From a virus (taxonomy: Duplodnaviria > Caudoviricetes), in IMG/VR virus record IMGVR_UViG_3300028610_000355, positions 1-24,424 of that record: 24,424 bases of DNA; one strand, given 5' to 3'. This document shows positions 1-6,606 of this stretch, piece by piece. Every line of letters starts with the position of its first letter. The first letter of the stretch is position 1. Made by a program: the position numbers and the translations under genes. Below the pieces are notes generated by a model. That model worked only from the letters and a program-made list of their open reading frames with translations, made no database searches and had not been told where the DNA came from.

Positions 1-302
1 GCGTCTTTGCCACACTCGCCGGGGGTAGGCCAGACTTGGCCAAACCCACCCCGTTGGGTGTCTCGCATATACCCGAATTCCAATGTCTGGCAATGCTCCC
101 ATGCGTTGTCGAACCGCTCAAAACCGCGTAGCGTACCCGCCATATCCGGCATATCCCATACATGGAATCGTCCGATATTCGGTTTCTTCGTCTTACGTGG
201 TTTCTTCGTCAGTTCGTCAAGAGTTGGAATAACCGGTTCATCCCGCACAACTGATCCAGTCCATGCAGTCCCGGCATCCACGTCAATTAGTCTAGTCGTC
301 AT
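1..302 (-). CDS. Hypothetical protein, runs off the left edge (MTTRLIDVDAGTAWTGSVVRDEPVIPTLDELTKKPRKTKKPNIGRFHVWD...)
   Basis: Translated by hand: ATG at 302-300, 100 sense codons with no stop to the window edge, purine-rich AGGTAGGGTGG just upstream; absent from the ORF track because it is truncated. Confidence 0.65.
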   Translation of the reverse strand, partial: MTTRLIDVDAGTAWTGSVVRDEPVIPTLDELTKKPRKTKKPNIGRFHVWDMPDMAGTLRGFERFDNAWEHCQTLEFGYMRDTQRGGFGQVWPTPGECGKD

Positions 303-601
303 AGTCCACCCTACCTATTCTGAGGGGGTGGGGCGACTGACTGCCCACTGTAGGGGGCGTAATCGTTGTAACAGACAGAACATGATCGACCGGTGTTAAC
401 CGCAGGGGGCTGTAATATATTCAGGGACCACAACCCCGTCCGCCGTCATATTCTGTATTATCCGACCTAGTCACATCGTACTAGCCCTGTTGGGTGGGGC
501 GACCACGCCCTCGCATCCCAACTCCCTCGGATAACCTGCACAATAGGTGCTATCGTTCCATACCGACTCAGTCAATCAAGTGTCTCAATCGTCTCAATCA
601 A

Positions 602-694
602 TCACGTCCGTGTGTCGTTCTCCGTCCTCTGTTCTCACGTCCGTGTGTCGTTCTCCGTCCTCTGTTCTCACGTCCGTGTGTCGTTCTCCGTCCT
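602..694. repeat. 33-bp perfect tandem repeat, about 2.8 copies (TCACGTCCGTGTGTCGTTCTCCGTCCTCTGTTC)
   Basis: Units start at 602, 635 and 668; no spacers; preceded by several TCAATC micro-repeats. Confidence 0.95.
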
Positions 695-728
695 GCACTT
701 AACTATACGTAGTCCACTGGGGGGTAAG

Positions 729-843
729 CAACAAGTCACGTCCTAAGTCGTTACGGGGCAAGGGGTTAGGTGGCAAGGATTTATTTTGGGTACCACTGTA
801 TATATGGGGCACATGTCGTAAGTCGTTAGCCTGTATACACTTA
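729..843. repeat. Phased 10-bp boxes, consensus YAA-N4-TTA, 15-bp period
   Basis: CAACAAGTCA 729, TAAGTCGTTA 744, CAAGGGGTTA 759, CAAGGATTTA 774, TAAGTCGTTA 819, TATACACTTA 834; all offsets are multiples of 15. Confidence 0.6.
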
Positions 844-1119
844 TGGCATGGGGTGGTGTGTATGGTAGCAGGGCAGGCAGGGAAGGGGCAGGCAGGGCAG
901 AGGGTAGCCCACCTCGTTCTGTGCATGCCGATGGGGCCATTGTGCTCTAGTCCTCTGCCCTGTTGACCCACATTCTCCACAATGGAAGTGGGCAGACGTA
1001 AAGGGCCATAGGCACCTATTCGTACAATAGGTACATCTGGTACGATTTCTCGAATTGTTAGCCCTATTACAAAACTGCTAACAGGCAGTCTGCGTTTATA
1101 TGATACAGATGTTACCATT

Positions 1120-1613
1120 GGCCCAGGGCCCATTTTAGGCCATTCCCTCTTTATTGATACAACCACCCTTATACACACATTCCTCATCACTGTCACAATC
1201 ACTACTATCTAATGGTAGTGTTAACACTAATCGTAACGGTTGTAACGGTAGGCCCAGGGCCCAGTTATCCTGACTGTATCTAATGGGATGGTAGTACCAG
1301 TACTACTGGTAGTACTGAATGCAGTGGTAGTGATGGTTGTAACGGTGAGTGGTGTTACTGGGCCCTGGGCCCTGTATCCAGTACAATCGTTACGATCAGT
1401 GGAAGGGGGAGGGTCAAATCAATCGTCACAGGTGGTACCCCCGGTACATATCCCCCCACCCCCTATACTATGCGAATATTTTAACTTTTTGAATACCTTA
1501 TTTTCGCGGTTTTTAGTCCAGGGCCCAGGGCCCATTTGCGGGGACTCATGTACGAAAGTTGAATTTGCATTAGAAACCTGACACTTGATATATGGACCCT
1601 GGACCCTGGGCCC
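1120..1613. repeat. Five dispersed copies of the 13-bp palindrome GGGCCC-W-GGGCCC
   Basis: Centres at 1125, 1256, 1366, 1527 and 1607, each with 0-1 mismatch. Confidence 0.85.
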
Positions 1614-1681
1614 GCTAGCAGTCCTAGAACGCGGTACGCTGGGCTATATTTTGCACGAAAAAAGTTCCAATTATTTTTTAG

Positions 1682-1710
1682 TTGATTTTAAGCGTAATTT
1701 GTGCTATAAT
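1682..1710 (+). promoter_or_regulatory. Sigma70-type promoter with extended -10
   Basis: TTGATT (1682-1687), 17-bp spacer, TGcTATAAT (1702-1710); A/T tracts immediately upstream resemble an UP element. Confidence 0.85.
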
Positions 1711-1753
1711 AGGATGTAGAACGAAACCTCTGACACCCAAGACTGAGGCAAAG

Positions 1754-2917
1754 ATGTTACAGAAATCGTGCAAAGTGTTGTTAGCCTTAACATTTGCCCT
1801 ATGGGGTCATACTTGTATGTCCCAGACCACTTACGATGAAAATGCTGGTTGCTTCGGCATTAAGATTGGTAACCGATGTGGTCCACAAGGATGTACCCCA
1901 CGCCAACCTCCTCGTTATAACCCCGGTCCTCCGCGACCGGTTCAACCCGCCCGGCCGACGGCCCCGACACGTCAGCCGGCGGGCAAAAGACATCCTTCCG
2001 AGATACAAATCCGAACCGTCTGTCCGCGTGCTATGCAGTACGGCACTGGCTGTTTTGTACTCTTTGAGGGTAAGCAATATATCGTAACGTGTGCCCATAT
2101 CTTTGAACCCGGCTGGACGGCTGAGGTTAACCTTAACAACCAGTGGGTTAAGACCACAATTCTAAAAGGTGCGGCAATTGCCGACATCGTGGTCTTACGG
2201 GCACCCGCCAATCACCCAATTCCTCTGACTCTAGCACCCACATTTGCTGCACCCGGAACACGAGTAACCCAGGCTGGGCGTGCCGGTACAGTGCTTGGCT
2301 ATGAGGGTGGTAATATCCAGGTCAGGTGTTTTGCTCAGGAAGGGGACTCCGGAGGCCCTATCTATTCTGCAAATGGTATTGTGGGCATCGTTGCCGAATA
2401 CTCGCCTACTGATCTCGGTGGGTGTACGATCGGCCCGAATGTCACACTTATCACAGAACTTCTTAAAAGCCTCCTTGGGTCCTCTTCCGTTGAAAAAAGA
2501 CCGCTAGTTCCGGTGGACCCACCGAAGATGCCCAAAGCGGTAGTTGATACGTCTCTTCTTGCCCGTATATCTTCACTTGAACAGCGTATGAGAGAACTCC
2601 CGAAGTGTGATGGTATCAGTCATAACAAAACTGCCATTACAATTCACACTAAAAAGATTGAGTCCTTAGAAATGGACTTACGCGAAGCTCGTAGTAAGCT
2701 TCAGCAAGTTATGGGAGCGGTTGAAACTATACAAAGGGAGGTGATTACCCATAATAAGAACTTAGGATCGGTAACAGCAAAAAATCGCGATGCTTTGATC
2801 CGTATACAAAGACTTGAACAATCTACAACCGCTTTGTCTAAAACGATGAAGGGTAAGATGCAGTTTCGTTTGAAGATCGATCAGTCTGGTCGTGTGACCG
2901 GTGTCGATCATCAATAA
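1754..2917 (+). CDS. Exported trypsin-fold (S1-like) serine protease with Pro-rich linkers and a C-terminal coiled coil
   Basis: IVTCAH (His), ADIVVL (Asp), GDSGGP (Ser); signal-peptide-like MLQKSCKVLLALTFALWGHTCMS; start moved to ATG 1754 (GAGG RBS) because the track's TTG 1682 is the -35 box. Confidence 0.9.
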   Translation: MLQKSCKVLLALTFALWGHTCMSQTTYDENAGCFGIKIGNRCGPQGCTPRQPPRYNPGPPRPVQPARPTAPTRQPAGKRHPSEIQIRTVCPRAMQYGTGCFVLFEGKQYIVTCAHIFEPGWTAEVNLNNQWVKTTILKGAAIADIVVLRAPANHPIPLTLAPTFAAPGTRVTQAGRAGTVLGYEGGNIQVRCFAQEGDSGGPIYSANGIVGIVAEYSPTDLGGCTIGPNVTLITELLKSLLGSSSVEKRPLVPVDPPKMPKAVVDTSLLARISSLEQRMRELPKCDGISHNKTAITIHTKKIESLEMDLREARSKLQQVMGAVETIQREVITHNKNLGSVTAKNRDALIRIQRLEQSTTALSKTMKGKMQFRLKIDQSGRVTGVDHQ

Positions 2918-2937
2918 CCCATCTCGAAGGAGATATT

Positions 2938-3138
2938 ATGTCTGTTGAGCTTCATGAGCAATTGACCGGTCAGTTGACCGTCATTGCGGCCCAGGGAGTT
3001 GCGAACAACCAGCAACTTTCTCAAAACACCCTTTTGGCGTACCAGAAGGACTTGTTCCAAGGTGGCCAAGGTGAGTCCCCCGCCCTGATGGCGGCTCTTG
3101 CCACGGCTGACCGTACCCCCGTCGTGAAGGCAGGGTAA
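2938..3138 (+). CDS. Small Gln/Asn/Ala-rich helical protein, 66 aa
   Basis: Strong AAGGAG RBS at 2927-2932; fills the gap between adjacent genes. Confidence 0.8.
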   Translation: MSVELHEQLTGQLTVIAAQGVANNQQLSQNTLLAYQKDLFQGGQGESPALMAALATADRTPVVKAG

Positions 3139-3141
3139 CCA

Positions 3142-3594
3142 ATGCCGAGTCAACGCGAACAAGCTGAAGCACAGTTCCGGACAGCAAACCTATGGAACTT
3201 CATGAACGTCATGAAGCGAAATAGCGACGTTGAGCGGGCCGTGATTGCGAAGGACAATGGTATGGACCCTGCCCAGTTGCAGGGTTTCCTTGCCGAGATT
3301 CCCTTTGGGAATCAGACCATCGTCAGTCAAGCTGCTGAAGCTACAGTCAAAGCACCGTCTTCCGTTGGTAACTTTACCAAGGGGGCGGTGCTCGCGTTGG
3401 CCGCTGGAGCAGCAGGTTTCGGCCTGTCACAATTGAATACGACACCCGAACCGCTTGCACCTCCCCCGGTGAACGCGGTCCTCGAATGGGAGATTACACC
3501 CGATGGACAATCCGAAAGTAGAAGCGTTTCTCGTACAGAACATGGAATTCATACGGAAACACGGACAGGAATTAGCGGAGGGGATACAGAATAG
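3142..3594 (+). CDS. Hypothetical protein with a hydrophobic Gly/Ala segment and Pro-rich tail
   Basis: GAVLALAAGAAGFGLS followed by PEPLAPPP; starts 3 nt after the previous stop. Confidence 0.75.
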   Translation: MPSQREQAEAQFRTANLWNFMNVMKRNSDVERAVIAKDNGMDPAQLQGFLAEIPFGNQTIVSQAAEATVKAPSSVGNFTKGAVLALAAGAAGFGLSQLNTTPEPLAPPPVNAVLEWEITPDGQSESRSVSRTEHGIHTETRTGISGGDTE

Positions 3595-3781
3595 TCAACT
3601 CGACACCCCCGAGGTTAAGAACGTCGGTCTCGACGAGGACCTGAAGAAGAGCTTCAACGATGTTGCTGGCTCTCCATTTGGACAGTTGATTATTCTTCAA
3701 CTCCAGACTGTAAGACAACTTGGTAAGATTGTCAAATACATGGAAGAGTTTGACCTTGTGACCGAAGTTGAAGAGGAGTAG
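3503..3781 (+). CDS. Hypothetical acidic helical protein, 92 aa, overlapping the upstream gene by 92 nt
   Basis: GGGAG at 3488-3492; fills an otherwise empty gap and ends 3 nt before the next ATG. Confidence 0.7.
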   Translation: MDNPKVEAFLVQNMEFIRKHGQELAEGIQNSQLDTPEVKNVGLDEDLKKSFNDVAGSPFGQLIILQLQTVRQLGKIVKYMEEFDLVTEVEEE

Positions 3782-3784
3782 CTA

Positions 3785-4168
3785 ATGGAGTGGAGTGTTC
3801 AGGATATTTTGGCGGTGATAACAATCGCAACACTGCTTGTGGTAATCGTTGGTGATAAAGCCATCGGTTTCCTCAAGACCCGTGGGATCGATCTTAGTGA
3901 TATAAGTGAGATTCGAGACGCGGTTGCAGGGTGCGAAAAATGTCACAGAAATGTCAAAGAACTCCACGACTGGCATAACGTCACGGACGAAGACGGAATT
4001 AGGAAGTGGTATACCCGCCCCTCACTTGAACGGGCAATCATAGCTTTGTCGGAAAATAGTACAGAGCAGACCTCTATCCTAAAAGAACTTCTCGGCCAGC
4101 AAAAGCTGCAACGAGAAGAGCATGAGTTGATTCTGTCAACTCTCGCTAAGTTTGTACGTGACGTGTAA
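3785..4168 (+). CDS. Single-pass membrane protein, holin-like candidate
   Basis: N-terminal TM ILAVITIATLLVVIVG, then a charged helical domain; GAGGAG RBS. Confidence 0.6.
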   Translation: MEWSVQDILAVITIATLLVVIVGDKAIGFLKTRGIDLSDISEIRDAVAGCEKCHRNVKELHDWHNVTDEDGIRKWYTRPSLERAIIALSENSTEQTSILKELLGQQKLQREEHELILSTLAKFVRDV

Positions 4169-4181
4169 TCTCCTTGGGTGT

Positions 4182-4221
4182 CCCTGGCGGCGGGTGTCAA
4201 AACCCGTCGCTGGGGTATTTT
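4182..4221 (+). terminator. Intrinsic terminator-like hairpin
   Basis: CCCTGGCGGCGGGT-gtcaaa-ACCCGTCGCTGGGG (14-bp stem including G-U pairs) followed by TATTTT. Confidence 0.75.
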
Positions 4222-4234
4222 ATACAGAGGGCCT

Positions 4235-5926
4235 ATGACATATAAGTGTGTTTTCCCTGCGTCCCTATGGGATGGTATTACTAACTGGCGACGAAATCTA
4301 AAGACCTACGCGGGTCCTGATCCTGAAGACTGGGATGAGATGCTAGCAGAGGTTCAATCCATTGAACGGACACTTTACTCTGCATCAGAGGATGCAATCA
4401 TTTGGGTAGAGCAACATGCGAGGGCAACGGGGACTGGTAGCATTACCAATCCCGTAGCGTCAATCAATGAGGCAGTAAAACGACTTTCGACGACCAAGAG
4501 CATCATTGCGATACTGCCGGGAATTTACGACTTAGATGAAATAGCCGTTATACCAGACCTCCCGTTTGCTGACTCTAATGTGCGAGTCGTCGGTGTAGGT
4601 GGATCAGCAGCTACAATTATCAATGCCGGAAACACAGATGAAGCGATTCAGGTACTTCCAATACACGGGACAGCCGAACTACACAACATTACAATAGAAG
4701 GAATCACCCTGAACCAGTATGCCGGTAAGATCGGCATTAAAGTCGTTGACACAAATGGTGCAAGCGACACAAAGCTTACATTGAAAGATGTTAAGCTTAT
4801 CATGGATACATCAGGTGCTTCTTTCTCCCAAAACACAACATATGGGACAAAATGCCATCTTGTGATGGAACACTGTGAAGCGACCGGACCAATCGACTTC
4901 CTGTATACGACAAACCTCTGTAATAATAGCTTTGTTCATTGTAATTTGCTTGGTGGGGTCATAACGTCGGCAGATAGCCACACTATTGAATACGTGTTCA
5001 AAGATAGTACACTCAAGACAGCGGGTGTTTCGGGTGGACATGCAAACCAGACAATCAGGGCACTTAACTGTTTCACAGATGCAAACGAAGCGGTGGCAGA
5101 GAGCGACTTCACTGGGGCACATACGGTGACGATTCTCGGGAGTGGGGGAGGTGGTGGGGCGTCCAACTATATTGATGACACAATTTGGGTAGGCCCACAG
5201 GGGACTGGCGATGGTAGTCAAAATGATCCTTATGGGTCAATTGCGACTGCTATAGCGGCGATGACCCAAACAAAACATATACTAATGGTACTGCCAGGTG
5301 TGTATACCACAAGCAGTCTAATTACACTCCCCGATATAGATAACTTTGTGATGATCGGGGTGGGCGGGAGTAAGGTAACACAATTCAATCATACCTTCGA
5401 TGGTGAAGTTTTTCTGATTCACACCGACCAGAGATACGATGATAATGTGTATGCGGTATTTCAGGGTATTTCTTTTGGTAAGACGACCAGTGGCGGGGTA
5501 CATGGACCGGCAGTAAAGATCGTTCAAGGCGAAGAGTGGACAACTTACTATCTCACGTTGACCGATGTCGTTGTAGATGCCCATACTCGTTGTATTGACG
5601 TTGAGACTATTAGTCCCTGGTATAATGTAAGACTTGCTTGTACCGGTTGTTATTTTGGTGGTACTGTCAATATAGAAACATCGGATAGTGGTGGTCGATA
5701 TATCTTTGATCAATGTTATCTTGAGAATGGCGTAAATTTTGATAATAGTCTCCAAGACAGGTCCCCTGAGTTCTGGTTAAAGAATTCAGAAAGTGCCAAG
5801 TGCCATGTCACCGGCGGGACACCAGGAGAGGTTCAAGTCTACATAGTTAATTCATACTGGACCGTCAAACAACCTTTTGTCGCGTCCAATTTTGAGCCGG
5901 ACTTCGATGTCCGTGGAATCTGGTAA
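4235..5926 (+). CDS. Virion fibre/spike-like protein with two tandem pectin-lyase-like beta-helix modules
   Basis: Two homologous module starts (IWV..GTGSITNPVASINEAV..LPGIY..GVGGS and IWV..GDGSQNDPYGSIATAI..LPGVY..GVGGS) joined by GSGGGGG; start moved to ATG 4235 (GAGGG RBS, downstream of the terminator). Confidence 0.7.
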   Translation: MTYKCVFPASLWDGITNWRRNLKTYAGPDPEDWDEMLAEVQSIERTLYSASEDAIIWVEQHARATGTGSITNPVASINEAVKRLSTTKSIIAILPGIYDLDEIAVIPDLPFADSNVRVVGVGGSAATIINAGNTDEAIQVLPIHGTAELHNITIEGITLNQYAGKIGIKVVDTNGASDTKLTLKDVKLIMDTSGASFSQNTTYGTKCHLVMEHCEATGPIDFLYTTNLCNNSFVHCNLLGGVITSADSHTIEYVFKDSTLKTAGVSGGHANQTIRALNCFTDANEAVAESDFTGAHTVTILGSGGGGGASNYIDDTIWVGPQGTGDGSQNDPYGSIATAIAAMTQTKHILMVLPGVYTTSSLITLPDIDNFVMIGVGGSKVTQFNHTFDGEVFLIHTDQRYDDNVYAVFQGISFGKTTSGGVHGPAVKIVQGEEWTTYYLTLTDVVVDAHTRCIDVETISPWYNVRLACTGCYFGGTVNIETSDSGGRYIFDQCYLENGVNFDNSLQDRSPEFWLKNSESAKCHVTGGTPGEVQVYIVNSYWTVKQPFVASNFEPDFDVRGIW

Positions 5927-5950
5927 GCTCACCTTCACCCAAGGTAAATC

Positions 5951-6550
5951 ATGTCTATAGTCGAAAACAAGTTTGAGCGGTGGAATCCTGTCATTCATGC
6001 GAATACAGAGAGATGTCAAGGACACAGTAAGAGTATGGGGCAATGCCCTTTTGTTAAGGTTAACGACACTGATTATTGTGCTCGCCATGGTGGGGCACTA
6101 TCAGACGTCAAGCAGGAGAAAGCGGCGGTACGTAATTACCACTTAACAAAGTGGCAAGGGCGTGTTAATCAACTCGCAGATAACAGTGGAATCAAATCCC
6201 TACGCGAAGAAGTCGGAATCCTCCGGATGATATTGGAGAATATGCTTAATACTGCCCAAGACAACGATATGTTGTTAATGTACTCAACGCGAGCATCTGA
6301 TCTTATCATGAAAATCGAAAGACTTGTTACAAGTTGTGATAAGATGGAAGGTAAGATGGGACAGTTGCTTGGTAAGGATTCAGTCCTTAGGCTTGCTGCT
6401 CAGTATGTTGAAATCATCACTGACCACATTACCGATACTGATATCGTTGATAAGATTAGCACAAAAATGATAGCCGTAACAATGAACTTAGATGCCCCGA
6501 TTAGATCAGAATCCGAAATACCAGTGGACCTATCCGTCTTTGACGAATAG
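5951..6550 (+). CDS. terS: Probable terminase small subunit with an N-terminal Cys/His (HGGxSTG-like) motif
   Basis: Directly upstream of TerL; C-x9-C-x10-C-x2-HGG motif followed by a helical body. Confidence 0.65.
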   Translation: MSIVENKFERWNPVIHANTERCQGHSKSMGQCPFVKVNDTDYCARHGGALSDVKQEKAAVRNYHLTKWQGRVNQLADNSGIKSLREEVGILRMILENMLNTAQDNDMLLMYSTRASDLIMKIERLVTSCDKMEGKMGQLLGKDSVLRLAAQYVEIITDHITDTDIVDKISTKMIAVTMNLDAPIRSESEIPVDLSVFDE

Positions 6551-6606
6551 CGAACAGGACTTTTACTTAGATTCGATTTGTGATCCCGAGAGAGATGGAG
6601 TTCTGA

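Noticed and set aside
7-399. 130-aa plus-strand ORF
   Set aside because: Antisense shadow of the more protein-like minus-strand ORF starting at 302; TTG start with no assessable RBS.
492-508. GTGGGGCGACCACGC resembles lambda cosN (GGGCGGCGACCT), and GGGTGGGGCGAC also occurs at 326-337
   Set aside because: Only 9/12 matches in GC-rich DNA, far from terS, with no cosQ-like element seen; likely chance.
602-694. Possible CRISPR array (33-bp repeat)
   Set aside because: The repeats are directly adjacent with no spacers, and there are no cas genes.
494-1581. ORFs 494..712, 699..1202, 743..940 and 1288..1581
   Set aside because: Translations of repeats and low-complexity intergenic DNA; no convincing RBS or protein-like composition.
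1754-2917. Protease as the prohead maturation protease
   Set aside because: It has a signal-peptide-like N-terminus and lies outside the head module; kept only as a testable alternative.
3142-3781. Classical Rz/Rz1 spanin pair
   Set aside because: No lipobox Cys in the overlapped ORF, and the hydrophobic segment of the first ORF is internal rather than N-terminal.
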